DNA of 63,975 nt from Octopus bimaculoides (GCF_001194135.2 NC_068989.1:76763189-76827163); one strand, 5' to 3'. Positions 1-13,774 are shown, counted from the first letter of the stretch. Numbers and translations are program-made. Notes: generated from the letters alone by a model not told the origin.

Positions 1-657
1 AAGGACTATAAAAACCTAGTATTATCCATACTAGAAAACGAGGCCTCCTACGAAAAAGTTATGAACTATAAACAACTAAAACAATGAAAAAACTTGTATC
101 CCTAATACTTTTATATGGAAAAAAAGCCTGACAGAAAAAGAAACAGACTACATCACGAACTTCAGTCTTTTTTTAGGGCCTTCCTAAAATACACAAGACC
201 AAGATAATCAATGAAGCCTGTAAACAATCACCAGGCAAATACATAGATATCCAAACGCCAGAAGACTTAAATTTAAGGCCCATTATAGCTGGCCCAGCCT
301 GTGAAACCCACCGCCTAAGCAATTTTCTAGACATCCTACTGAAACCCTTGCTGAAATATATGAAAAGTTTCATTAGAGATGATTTAGACATGCTAGAACA
401 CCTACCAAAACAATTAATGAAGCGGCAATATTGGTTACCCTCGATGATATCAATCTTTACACCAACATCCCACATGACTATGGAACAGAAGCAATCAAAT
501 TCTGGTTGGAAAAGTACCCTGAAGTTCTCCCGGAACTGATAAATCATATATTTATTATTGAATCTTTAAAATTTATACTTCAGAAAAAAATGCTTCCTAT
601 TTGATGACACATGCTATCGTCAGGAATGCGGAATTGCAATGGGAACGAAAGCGTCAA
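1..657 (+). mobile_element. Penelope-like element (PLE) reverse transcriptase fragment, decayed, running off the left edge
   Basis: Manual translation across frameshifts gives GLPKIHK...LRPIIAGPACETHRLSNFLDILLKP...LVTLDDINLYTNIPH...CYRQECGIAMGTK, the typical PLE RT motifs. It stops after GIAMGT. Confidence 0.88.
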
Positions 658-918
658 ATAGATTTTTCTTGAAGCTACTTGGATATTCCTCAGCGAGTAC
701 AGTAAAGGTTGTCTCTCCATTGCAAACTGTTGGTCAGACGTTTGTGAATGGTGCTCAACAGAGTTTGGAGCAATTGTACGAGTAAGTAAACAAATGAAAG
801 AAGAGTATTCAACACATTTATTGGGAGTTATATGTATAGATAGAAATGGCAAGACAACAAAAGAATTAAAGAGATCTCGATATTATGTAAATAGAGTAAT
901 ATATCTGTAAATGTAATA

Positions 919-1080
919 TGTGAGAGCCCTGATAAAACTCCGAGTTTGGGATGTAGTGGCGGAAACCCACGCCGGCATCACTTCAGTTATCGGGCCATCG
1001 AAAAGAATGCTATGAAAATCGCCCGACATCCGAAACTCGGCGTTATATCATGGCTACCGAGCTACCGAATAATTGTCACA
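919..1080. mobile_element. Small GC-rich MITE-like or solo-LTR-like insert
   Basis: TGTGA...TCACA ends flanked by TA on both sides. Internal 15-bp inverted repeat with 1 mismatch (940-954 vs 1026-1040). Confidence 0.3.
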
Positions 1081-2338
1081 TACTATATATATATATAAAC
1101 GTTTTCTTCTTTGTAGAACCTCACTGAAATAACTTATCATAACAGTATCATATTTAATAGCTGAATGTAACACGAGGCATTTAAGAAACGTGTGTTATTA
1201 ATCCCCATAAATCTTGTCATCTATATAGTTTAGTACGCTCAATGAACAGCGTTAACTTTATTCTCCGCCGTTTCATATCTAGCTAACTAACTGATTTAAA
1301 ACAGTGAAGTCAAGGTAATATATTGGTCACCATAAATATTTCGTATCATTTGATATAATGGCACTATTATTACATGTAGATTAAATATCATTTCATATTA
1401 TTTAACAAAATAACATAAAAATGTCAGAATATAAATTATTGGTATTGTTACGTACAGGCTATTTAATGTCATGTTATGGACTTTGATCTGCCACAGACTA
1501 AAATGTCATCTGCAATATTAATCATGTTAGATTGACATTTGAAAAGGCTTCTAATGATATCGTAATGTTTTTCAAGTACAGAAGATATTTCAGTAGTCAA
1601 ATACTTTTAAAAATTGTTAAGCTGGATAAACAAAAATATTGTTGCATCACGCTATGATGGATCAAATTCTACTTGGATATAATCCATATTATGCACCGGT
1701 TGTTAGATGAAAAATCGAATAATTAGAAGGCCAAGCACTTCATCATCAGTAGTTATTGCATATTCTCACATTTACGTACGTATGTTGCTCAGTGCAGGGG
1801 CATACACACGCAAATGCCGTTTTAATTCTTGAGTACCTTAACCAATAATGAATCCCATTTTATGAAGCATTCAACTTTCTCAATAGCTTTATATTTAAGC
1901 ATTTAAACTCCTATAATGGCATACTATTCTGTCTCACATACTTTTCTGAAAGTTTGACATAACAGGTCATTGCCAATTTTATATAATTATTTTTATACCC
2001 TTATTAATTTTCATTCAATACATCGGGGAATTCTTAAACTATTTTTGGCTGCTGAAAGAGAATCAATGTAGTTTATTTTGATTACACCAAGAGCACAAAC
2101 CATGTCACAAATATTGAACATCCACTAAGGCATCGATTCACTCATAAATATCTTTTGATTATGGTGGAATGAAATGGGCTAGCTTTAAATACAATATGAA
2201 TGCCGCCATGTAAAGTTAAATCAGCAGTTTATGAGTTTATGAATATATTTGGCCCCAAAAGAACGCGCATTGATTAATCTTTACGAAGTCTATTCTTTTC
2301 TCAGTACAAACACACATTAAACACGCACACACACACAC

Positions 2339-2373
<35 letters not shown>

Positions 2374-2519
2374 AAGTATGGGGATTTAGTTCACAGGTAC
2401 TTTAAACGATCAGGTACACTAGATAATACTGTAACGGATTACCAGGGCTCCAAGGTTGTAGCCAAGACGCTAGTTATGGAGCCATTGTAGATTTCCGATA
2501 TAACGGATATATAATTATT

Positions 2520-2622
2520 AAAGAGGACAACAAACGTTAAGGCAAGACAAACATCTCAACTCATATAGTTATTAATTCATGATAAATTGAAAGCCTTACA
2601 GCTGTTTCTGGGACATCCCAGT
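2520..2622 (-). mobile_element. Probable PLE terminal (pLTR) fragment carrying the 3' half of a hammerhead motif
   Basis: The minus strand reads TGGG-ATGT-CCCA GAAA CAGCTG TA AGGCTTT: stem II, GAAA, palindromic stem III and a UA site. The upstream CUGANGA is absent. Confidence 0.45.
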
Positions 2623-3175
2623 GTATGGGGGTAGGGGCAGCCTGAACGTAGGTTTAGTCAGCGTCAGATTGCGCGAGACATCGTTTTACAATTCACCAGT
2701 AAAGGATAGGGATCTACAACATCCTGCTGAAGCCGACCTGTGCCCTCTGACTTCTGCCTGTCTTCGGGCTGTCAAGCGGATTATCTTCTATCTTTCATCG
2801 TTTACTTCTTTTAGTTTATGGATTGAGGGGCACCACCTTCAGCCCCAAATTGTTGAAAATAATCCCTGTTCTAAGGCGCTTTGTGCTGAATAGCTACTCA
2901 AAATGAATTGAAATACTTCTGTAAGGTTATCTGCATCAACTTAGGTACTATGGCAGACCAGCTAGAAAGAAATCTCTTCTTCAATCAGTAATAACTATAA
3001 AATAAAGTATTACCTTTAAAATAAGTGATTATGCCTATATACCGTTGCGATAGCTGTATATAAATATATGTATGGATGTATATGTGTGTGTGTGTATATA
3101 TGTATGTATGTGCGTTTATGTGTGTGTATGCGTGGTTGTGTTTCTGTGCACGCGCGCACGGGTGTGTGCAAAGAC

Positions 3176-3514
3176 GTATGGTCTCATTCTTTAAAACAAA
3201 AGGAGACACATTTAATATAATCAAGGAATATCTGAAAACAATTATTTATTCCTGAAAATACAAGTTATTTTCTAGAATATTTAGTCAGAGGCGTTTTACA
3301 TGAATATTAATTGATTTACAATGACAGAAGAGATATAAATTTACCTGATCTAGTATGAAAATATTCAAATCTTGCAAAATACTAGTAAATTATCATCTCA
3401 TGAAATTTGCGTATAATAGTCAAGATAAGCTAACTGTATGAGTATATATATAACACCAAATATACAGTGCGTGTGTTTTTATTGGCTAAACTGGCAATAT
3501 GACCATCCCCAAGT

Positions 3515-3551
<37 letters not shown>

Positions 3552-4066
3552 NNNNNNNNNNNNNNNNNNNNNNNNNNNNNNNNNNNNNNNNNNNNNNNNN
3601 NNNNNNNNNNNNNNNNNNNNNNNNNNNNNNNNNNNNNNNNNNNNNNNNNNNNNNNNNNNNNNNNNNNNNNNNNNNNNNNNNNNNNNNNNNNNNNNNNNNN
3701 NNNNNNNNNNNNNNNNNNNNNNNNNNNNNNNNNNNNNNNNNNNNNNNNNNNNNNNNNNNNNNNNNNNNNNNNNNNNNNNNNNNNNNNNATATATATATAT
3801 ATGCAGTTAGCCTGTCTTGTCTATTATACACACATTTCATGAGACGATAATTTACAAGTATTCTGCAAGATTCGAATATTTCCATACTTGATGAGGTAAA
3901 TTTATATCTTTTCTGTCATTGTAAGTCAATTAATATTCATGTAAAACGCCTCTGGCTAAATATTCTAGTGAATAACTTGTCTTTGCAGGATTAAATAATT
4001 GTTTTCAGATATTCCTTGATTATATTAAATGTTTCTTCTTTTGTTTTAAAGAATGAGACCTTATAC
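3176..4066. mobile_element. Foldback / long-TIR element with ~260-bp inverted arms
   Basis: 3176-3440 is the reverse complement of ~3800-4066, roughly 85-90% identical by eye. The centre holds a short unique stretch, (AT)n and an N gap. Confidence 0.8.
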
Positions 4067-5228
4067 TTCTCTACCATCAATAATGCATGACGTGACTATT
4101 CCATCAACTTATAACTGTTTTTTGTTTAAGTTAATCACCTCTCTTTAGTCTGAAATATAAATTCAACATCACGGACCGACAATGCGTTTTTATGTAGCCG
4201 AATGAAACTGCGTTTCATATTGGTGTGAGTAGAAATATTTATTAAAGTTTGGAAAGAGCTGTTTATTTTTATATGTGCATATAAAATGACCTAAATTTTT
4301 ACATGAGTTTTATATTTATTTTTGCAATGCCGGACACAGGGCATCAGAAAAGATATGAGATTTAGAACTTGACAAATCATTTGTGATAACCATTAATTAA
4401 ATTGATATTATTCAGATAATTAATAGGTATACTGTCTTCTATGCACTTTCCTCGCTAGAGCATGTGTCTGCATAATTCCTCTCACTTGTACAGGTGCAAT
4501 GTTCGGTGACTGCAACAATTTTAATATCAAAGTGTGACTTGCCACCGCAATACATTATTTCACTATTGGACTCTCATTAAAATATATAACAAGTCACGTT
4601 TTATTCGTTTATATTTTTGTTTATACTCCGGTTACAGTAGGAACTTATTCCCGAGAAAAAGTAGAACATAATTTGTTCAACTCATAAATAAGTTTCTGGT
4701 TTTGGCAGAAAATGATGTCATTAAGTACTTTGCGATCGAGTAAATTTGTTTGGTCTTATTCTGTGAATGACAACAAACGATTGTATTCGAATGAATTGCA
4801 CTGACAATGCTGTCTCTAATATATAATGATATTCCTCTTTTACTGCTGCAATCTATCACAACCGCCCCAAAATATTAATTTTTCCAAGTAAGTGCAATGA
4901 CGTGATGCATACACTCTTATTTATAAATTTACTTGCTCTGAGATCCAACCTGGCTATCTATGTGTGTGTGTGTGTGTGTGCTGTAAGACTGTTTGTGTAT
5001 GCAAATATGGATGTTTCTAGGTCTTCACAAATTTTCCAGCCATGATGTATGTTGGATAAAGAACGCCCACGAATTAACAGCTTAAAATTCCCACGTGACA
5101 AGAAGATTATGAAAGATTAAAGTAAAGAAACTGATAAGGAAACATATATAGGCTGAAACATAAACCTTAAAGCTATGTGTTACTGACAATTCTGATATTC
5201 ATACATATAGATAGATATATACTTTCTC

Positions 5229-5333
<105 letters not shown>

Positions 5334-7487
5334 ATACAGATACACACACACACACACAAGGCCTCACATCCTCTCAATGTATACTAAATTTATCAGAATT
5401 CTAGCTTCGAAAATAAAAGAATGTCCCCATAACTCCTCTTTTTCTATGGTCATGTGTCCGATAAAATGAAGAATCGACTAAATTTGCGTGTATTGAAGTG
5501 TGTGACGCTTGGGTCGTGCCAGGATATTCGAAACGCATGTATAGGAGCACTTTGAATATAAAACGGAGCGATAACTGTGGCAAGCGTGAAATTTCATGCA
5601 ACGGAAGTCGAACCATAACAACTATGTCACGTGATTTCGGTGTGTCTTGCGCCTCATCAGCAATGAATGCTTGCCAACTCAGCAAGCCTTGTTATCGGGA
5701 ACCAACGACGCTGGTCACTGGTGTCGCTAAGAACCGGCGAGCGTCGGTACATGTCAAATGTGGAAGTATTCGAAAGACATGTTTCACACGGGTTGCACGT
5801 ATATTGTATTCCTATAGTCTTTCATCAATCATTATTTTACAACATATAAGAAATTTCTATACGGTTTACAGTGAAATTAACGTTATATCTCTTCTATTAT
5901 CAATTCTAATTGCTGTACAATTGGCTTTTAGAAGAATTCATCAATACGTTTTCTTTCTTATTTACCTGAAGATCTAACATTATTGTGAAAAAAATCATTT
6001 GTGATAAACAGCTAAAATTAAATATGTATAAGTTTTGTTTCTCTCCAGGAAATGTTTTGAAATATTTTATTCACTAATTTTCATTCATTTTTTATTACCT
6101 GCTGATGTTTTATTCTCTGGTTATCCGAAAGATAAATTCCAAAACTTCTGTTACTATTTTAATCACGTCAACTATATCTTTTATTATTCTTATGGCACGA
6201 TATTTTTTTAATTTTTGCTTTATATGTCTTTTCCGGAAAGTATTCATTGAAGGTTTTATTATAACATTATTTTTATATTTTCTTTGGTTTTATTTCTCTT
6301 CTTGCAGAAAAAAAATAACATCCTTTCAGTAATTCCTAGAATCAAACAACTGAGTCTTCCGTATGACTAAAGTTTCAAGATATTATTTATTTTGCATAAA
6401 CCGGTGAGTTGATAATCATAGGTTGAACTATAAAAAAATATATGCATTATTATAATAATATTTTAAATGAAAATATGGTTTAGATTATCAAATACATTAA
6501 TTTCAATAAATGAGAAGTAAATCAAGAGTGACTAATACCTCGCAGTAGCTCAGGATTCTGCAGGTCTATCTAATGCATTTTTACAAAGACCAGTACCTGA
6601 CAGAAATAGCAAATTAAGAAAGTAAGAAAGTACAGAAAGTCAACATTTATTTGGAACATGTACTATATGTTATAAAATTCACGAGTGAATGAATTGAAGA
6701 AATTGAAAGTCCAAGAAAATTCACAAGGCATTATTCAATTTTTGATACAAAAATAATTTATTTTACAATTTCGAAACGAACGCTGAACCGAGTGTATAGA
6801 AAGGATGATGCGGCTGCTGCTGTGAACGTTAATCTAAAATATTTGCTGAAGGACGTATGTAGCAAGATTTGACATTACAATATATTTTTTAACTGTGGAA
6901 CGTTATCGGCTGTAGAATGAATAATAACTCAATAAAAAGGTCGTGCAACGTTGATACACACATTGATGAAGAAGCATTGGAGGAAAACAGTGACTGTAAA
7001 AAAAAAACAAAAAAACAACAACATTATCTTGAAACTGGTTAGAAGGAGTGGAATAACATTTCTGTAACCATATTAAAGAGCCGCTGCGGCTTTCTACGTC
7101 GCGACATTTCAGAATTTGTTATAACTATAATAATTGTTTTTTCAGGTATATTTGCAAGTATTGTGAGTGGTGTTAAATCAACCAAATCTTCATGTTGGTA
7201 GTCAATAAAAGTGAACGTTGTTGTTCGTTTAAAGTCCAGGCCACAAGTAAACTTTCAATACAATATTGGTGTGTGTGTATGTGGGGGTGGGGGTGGGGGA
7301 AGTTACATACCTAAACTAAGACACACAAACACATTAACACACATTTAAAGCCTATCTCTGTCCCCGCCTGTGCATGTCTCTGTCTTTAGATGTGTGTGTG
7401 TATGTGTGTCAGCGAATACACGCATATATATATATATATATATGTATATATATGTGTGTGTGTATATATATATATCTNNNNNNNNNN

Positions 7488-7536
<49 letters not shown>

Positions 7537-9289
7537 CAGTGGGCAGGCGAATGTGGCTCTCCGCATATTTGGTGTGGGGCCATTCACCCTTTGGCATTCA
7601 CAATTTAATAGCAGTTTACTTCGTCTAGGTGCAACTTAAAATCTCGTAGGCTATTCAATCGAATCTATCCTGTTAGGCATGTAGAAATCGAATGAAACAA
7701 ATCCAAGGTAGCTGTTAGATATCGGGCCGCTATTGGTCGAAATAGATCACGTGTTCTTCTTGATTTGTTTTTTGAAAACTTATTCCTACTAAATCAATAA
7801 CAACATGTGACTTTGCTTGTCCAATAGTGACCCAGAATCCATTTTAAACTTGTCTCATTCACTTTCTACAAGCTTCACGAGAGAGGTACAACTGACGAGC
7901 CTACGAAATTCTTGGTAACAGGGACTGGAATCAAATTGGTAAATACTGACATACCATACATACATACATACAGTTGAGACATTCCTGTCACAACATGGTA
8001 CCTTGAAGACTGCTAGAAAGCAAGAAACTATACTAGTCATTTAATACTTAATTTTCAATATTTCATTTATTCAATAAGACATTCAATACTTCATTTCATT
8101 TTACTATATATACTATATATTCCTATTCTATATCTTACATTATAAGAATATAAATAAAACATGAAAAACAGAGTTGTAATTCTTTTGAATAATATATTCC
8201 TCTANNNNNNNNNNTATATATATATATATTGATAAGTGTACGCGTCTTTCTATTTTTCTCTTTTTCAACTGACGTCCGTACACGCACACATATAAGATGC
8301 TCTCTATAAAGTATTTGCTAAAGATTGAGCAATCGTTGACAGAATGATAAATTTAAGTGCAATATTGAAAGTTTGTTTAACCTCTGTCATTGTTCAGCTG
8401 AGAAGAAAATCAGAGAACAGTGTTAAAATTTTCGAAATATTAAAAATGATGATACAAGTGATCAAAATGACAGCTCAGCTACGACAGAAGCTTTTAAAGA
8501 TTTTCATGAATTTCACGTAGTTTATACGCTTCCCTACCCGCCTTATTCATATGCGGCTATCGCCACTGTATAATGTTTCTTTCGACAGTTAAAAGTTGCT
8601 TCAAATATGTCTAATTTCTAATATTTGTTATATCTGCAACATCGATCACATAACTTCTGCTCTTTCTGCTGAACATATAATTTGGAAACCTATTTTACTA
8701 AGCCTTAAAATGCGTTCGTCTAGATAAATATAACATAACGCAACATATAACTATTATTCCTGTCAATAAATTTTTATAACGTCGCATTTGTTAAAGAGAC
8801 AAAGAAAATTGAATTTCTTACTAGTTTATTCTTTATTATATGAAGAGAAATTTGTGCATTTGAGATATGATATATTACCAGCTGAATGCACATCTGGTTA
8901 ATTTAATTTCAAAATCGCTAATATCTTCTTGTCAATGAATATGTCATTAGCAATACATTAATGCCTTCCAATATAATCAAATGAAAATAGAATAAATAAA
9001 TACTTTACTCAAAGTACAACAACGTGTTTTTACATCTGCGTTATTATATAGATTAATAGGAAAAAATGTTGTAGCAACTCTTGACACACATCTAATCATT
9101 GAAACAAAAGGTGTTAAATACAATATCAAGTGGAGTCTTGTTAAAATGTCTGTTTTATATAAATGGCAGTAAAAATGTGCTCTCTGCTCAGGGAGAATTA
9201 ACAAAACTTGAAAAACGCATTATAACAAAGATATGTATTAATATTTAAATGTTCGGCTACAGCAGAAAAAATATTTATTACTTGTTATA

Positions 9290-9525
9290 TTGAACCGCAT
9301 GGGAACAAAATATATGCTGTCAGAATGTGTAGTACAAGGCTGAGTACAGACGGAAAGCGACAAAATCGAGGTAAAAGAGTACATGTACTTAGAGCAGACT
9401 GTGAATGTCCGCTTGGATATAGATTCTGAAATCTCAAAGAAAATAAGGCTGGATAGAAGGCGTTTAACTCAATAAATGATGTGATGCCAGCAAAGCTAGA
9501 CAATGTCATACATGCCAGATTGGTT
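9290..9525 (+). mobile_element. RTE-clade LINE RT/thumb fragment, decayed
   Basis: Translation ...KIEVKEYMYLEQTVNVRLDIDSEISKKIR / AG*KAFNSINDVMPAKLD resembles the RTE pattern IEEV.EY.YLGQ...D...EI.RRIRAGW.AFN. Confidence 0.75.
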
Positions 9526-10139
9526 GGTATTTTGGTATAGGGTGTAACCATCCTGAATTAGATATGTTGATCATGCAGTCCAGAGATTGTATCTATGCCT
9601 GTAATTTCTTCGAATATCTGATTCTTATTCAATTCTATGTTTGTTTTGCCGTTTCTTATATTATCTAATTGTTTATGCTTTTAAAATTATGTACTTTGTT
9701 ATCTAAACTACAATTTTATGCCGAACAGAAACACACTGAAATTGTAAAGTACATAAATTCGCAAACTTATAAGTTTGCTATCATTCTTTTAAATCATTTA
9801 CCTTATTCAGTCACCGTAACACTTTAACCATAAATTATATTTGAAAATGGAAGAAAGTATCTTTTTCCAGGATACTCAGAATACAACCCAATGGCGTAAG
9901 GGGAACATATATGTATTTTGTGTTCTTGGTAGAAGAACTACAATGTACGCCTTAAAATATACACTCAAACTACTCTTAGGAGATTCTACAAATAATAGTG
10001 ACTCTGGATTGAAGAGGTTTATACTAATTAAAATAATTATTTATTACTTGTTATATTGGACTGTATGAACACAAAATACATCCGGTCGAAAGATATATAC
10101 ATATTTTTCCTGTGTATACAATTTGAGGTACCATTGCTA

Positions 10140-10406
10140 CAAATGAATTTAGCCAGATATTATCATTTATCATTTGGAGGGAAAAAATTTGAAGTCCGTA
10201 GACGAGGTCGGAACAGTACTGCAGGAGTATTTTTCATCACGGACAAGTGAATTTTGGAAGAGGGGCCTTGGAGGTCTACCAGATAGGTGGCAGAGCATTA
10301 TAGAAATGAGAGAGAGTATATTTTAGATTAAAAAATAACTTTGTTTATATTAATTTTGAAAAATAAAAGCAATATTTAAAAAAACGCATTATTTATGGGT
10401 GATCCA

Positions 10407-10409
<3 letters not shown>
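10140..10409 (+). mobile_element. Mariner transposase 3' end with right TIR
   Basis: Translates to LEGKNLKSVDEVGTVLQEYFSSRTSEFWKRGLGGLPDRWQSII. It ends in ...GCATTATTTATGGGTGATCCAA-TA and is homologous to the copy at 25752-26335. Confidence 0.85.
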
Positions 10410-10460
<51 letters not shown>

Positions 10461-10827
10461 ACACACACAGACCTATAGCATAAAAGAAATATGTGGTAAT
10501 TGGCAGAAATATGGCCGATAAAGCGAATGGGGTTTTGTCAAATACCATAATTCTTGATAAACGCTTCATTTAGTGAAATCATTCTCTCTCCGATTGATGA
10601 GATAACAAATGACCTGTGCCAATGCCGAAAAACTCTATGGAAGGGAGATAATTTCAAGTATCAATAAATTTCATGAATTGACATTGCCATTAAGCAAACA
10701 GTCTGATTGTCTGGAGATACGAGTGTAGTTGTGGATGCCATTAACTGAACATTTTACTGTCATGAATCCAAATGTTGAGACAAATACAAAGAGTATTACC
10801 CAATTCACATGTTTTCGAAAGAGATTC

Positions 10828-10845
10828 TGTATGTGTATGTGCGCG

Positions 10846-10884
<39 letters not shown>

Positions 10885-11030
10885 ATGTGAGTGTGTGTAT
10901 GCGTGTGTCTGTGTGAGTGTGTGTGTGTGTGCGTGTGAGAGTGCGTGTGTCTGTGTGAGTGTGTGTGTGTATGTGTGTGTGCGTGTGTGGGCGTGTGTGT
11001 GGGTGTGTGCAAGTGTAGAAGTGTGTGTAA
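10828..11030. repeat. Degenerate (GT)n microsatellite
   Basis: Direct reading. Confidence 0.9.
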
Positions 11031-11411
11031 AGCTTAAGGAGGAGAGACAAAAGTAGATATGGGTTGGGAGTAAAATTTTTTTAAATGGAGATCGATAGGG
11101 ATAGAAAAAGAGGGGTCGGAAACGCATCTGCAAAACAGCAATTGCGATTTATCAATCGATTCATGAATACATCTTTAAATTTATCTCTATTTATATATCC
11201 GCTTATGTCTCTATAAATGCATGAGTTGATAAACGGAAAACATAACCACACGTACACAACCCAGACACTCACACACATTCAAACGCATTGGTACGTAAAA
11301 CGCTAATTGCGCATATAGGACTCGCTGGTATTTATGAATGCGTTTGTGTGTGTGTTTGTCTATGCGTGTGTGTGTGTGTGTGTGTGTGTATGTATATGTG
11401 CGTGTGTGTAT

Positions 11412-11451
<40 letters not shown>

Positions 11452-11455
11452 CTAT

Positions 11456-11518
11456 ATTATTTACATTATTTACATTTGACGGATATTATTTACATTTGAC
11501 GGATACATTTGACGGATA
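11456..11518 (-). repeat. Stub of the hammerhead-element tail with internal reiteration
   Basis: ATTATTTACATTATTTACATTTGACGGAT matches the arm ends at 21385 and 41262. ACATTTGACGGAT occurs three times in tandem. Confidence 0.65.
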
Positions 11519-11524
11519 GAACTG

Positions 11525-11555
<31 letters not shown>

Positions 11556-12450
11556 TCATACAGGCATACAAAATCGCATTTATGCTACGTGTAGTAAAAC
11601 TTGATATGTAGATAGCTGTTCTTCTGTTCAGTTCCCTTCTAGGTCTATTGTATATTTTTACCTATATGTTGGTAAAGGAGTAGATGCAGCAGAAGTAATT
11701 GACTATAGCGCAACCTATAAACGAAAGACGTGGACCACTATCTGTTCAATAGAAATAAATATTCAGTATTTTAGCTTAACATCTACTTTAAAAGAAGAAA
11801 AAAAAACACATACTCACTACGCAAATCCTCAAATACTTAAAGACACAGAAACACAGAAATAGACAGATGATAAGCATTAGAGTAAAGTCTCCGAAAACGA
11901 TTAGTATTTTGGTAATAAAAAGAAACATCTTAAGTACTATTTACTGAGATACGCATTATTAATATTATGAACGTCAAGCCTTGCAAATACTGAAAACAGA
12001 ACTAATATCCTATAACTGCTTTCCCTGCTGTTGCCGTTTATTGAGATTTAATTCTTTACGAATCAAAGACAGCATCATCTCGTCTTAACTTTATTTACAG
12101 CTTTCTGCATTCAACTAAAGGCGTCCATATTAAACAGATGTGAGATTATATATTATTACGGAGCCGGCAGATTTTTAAGTTTTGTCTCGATCGTATTCTC
12201 TTTTCCTCAAATGTATCTATAGTCTAATAAAAAAAACAATCCCGCACATGAATTCAGACTCGCACGCGCGAGCTCACACACACACATACACACACACACA
12301 CACAGACAAACACGCCCACTCATTCACTCACTATCACGTACCCTGAAACCATCTGTCTTTCTCACACACATACACTCGTTTTCTCTCTCTTCTGTTTATC
12401 TGTGTGNNNNNNNNNNGTCCCTCTCTCTTTCTCTCTTCCTTCTTTTCTTT

Positions 12451-12485
<35 letters not shown>

Positions 12486-12608
12486 CCTCTCTCTCACTCC
12501 CTGTTATCGTACCTTCAAAAGTGGAATGAAGTTCTTTTCTGAAGCTCCGATTGAGCTATAGTTTAATGCATAAGCACTCAACTATGAGTGTATTGCACAT
12601 GGAAGTTA

Positions 12609-12838
12609 TAGACAAGCGAGATAACTCGCATCAGGTTGTGTTTGAATTGTTTCGGTGGTATGAAACGTTGAGATATACCAGTACACATACCAGTTGACAC
12701 CATTTTTCATATAGTCATAGACAGCGATTTAACTTGAATCTGTCCTCGTTCGAGTACGAGTCACAAAAAAAAAAAAAATGAAATATCTGTGGTTATTGCT
12801 TCTGAATGGGATCTGATGCGAGTTATCTCGCTTGTCTA
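12609..12838. mobile_element. MITE with perfect TIRs and probable TA target duplication
   Basis: ATAGACAAGCGAGATAACTCGCATCAG (12608-12634) is the exact reverse complement of 12813-12839. It parses as TA|GACAAGCG...CGCTTGTC|TA. There is no coding capacity. Confidence 0.8.
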
Positions 12839-13214
12839 TGATTCTAGATAGATAGACCAGAGGCAAGAATGAGAGAGAAAGAGAAAGACTATGTCAGGTA
12901 CGAGCAACTCAAATATACATATATGGAACATGCATGCATGAACGTCCGTTCCGCGTGCGTGAATACATCTATTAATATATTCTCATTATAAAGACGAAAT
13001 TGTCAGTGAACATATTAAATTAAAATATTTATATACTTTATATACTATATTAAATATATATATACACTATCGTTATATAAGTGCTAGTTCCAAGGATGTA
13101 GGTATAAGAAATTTCTAAACTTGAACAGTCGATGGTAAGTATGAAAAGAACAACGTTCAGGAACAATAATGCGTAATTGAGAAATTATTACATCATAGGA
13201 TCAGCTATCTAGGA

Positions 13215-13292
<78 letters not shown>

Positions 13293-13774
13293 GAGAGATG
13301 TGTGTCTATGTTCATGTATAAACACACATTAAGAATGCTGATCACGAGGTGAATTGTATACCTTTTGTTTCTGCTCACGTTTCGTCATCTCCTACAATGA
13401 GCATTCATAGCACAGTTGGATTCAAATATCTAACGATTCTTCAAAAGCTCTAAATTCATTTGCAGCAATGGTACTTCAAATAGTACACACAGGGAATAAT
13501 ATGTGTGTACGTCTGTATCTATGTGTGTTGTACATGAAGCAAGTCTTGTGTCCCTATTTTTTGGTCACCGTAGAATATTTCTCGTTCTCCTATCTCTGAA
13601 TTCCTTATCCTGTTCTGTCACCTTCTTTATAATAAAGCCTATCATCCGAGACGCCAGACACACTTTTGCTTCTCTCTTTGGTCTGTCAAGCGTAATTGCA
13701 CAATGTAGTGTATGTTATTACTTTGCTTATACGTGTATATGTTCATGTTCGTGATTTCGCTTATCTGACTGTAC

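Noticed and set aside
7893-7925. CTGACGA GCCTAC GAAA hammerhead-like string, and the frame YKLHERGTTDEPTKFLVTGTGIKL
   Set aside because: Stem II has only 1 bp and stem I cannot form. The peptide has no convincing splice sites and belongs to no family I recognise.
8398-8572. Frame containing PYPPYSYAAI, reminiscent of the forkhead KPPYSY motif
   Set aside because: There are in-frame stops on both sides and no further forkhead residues.
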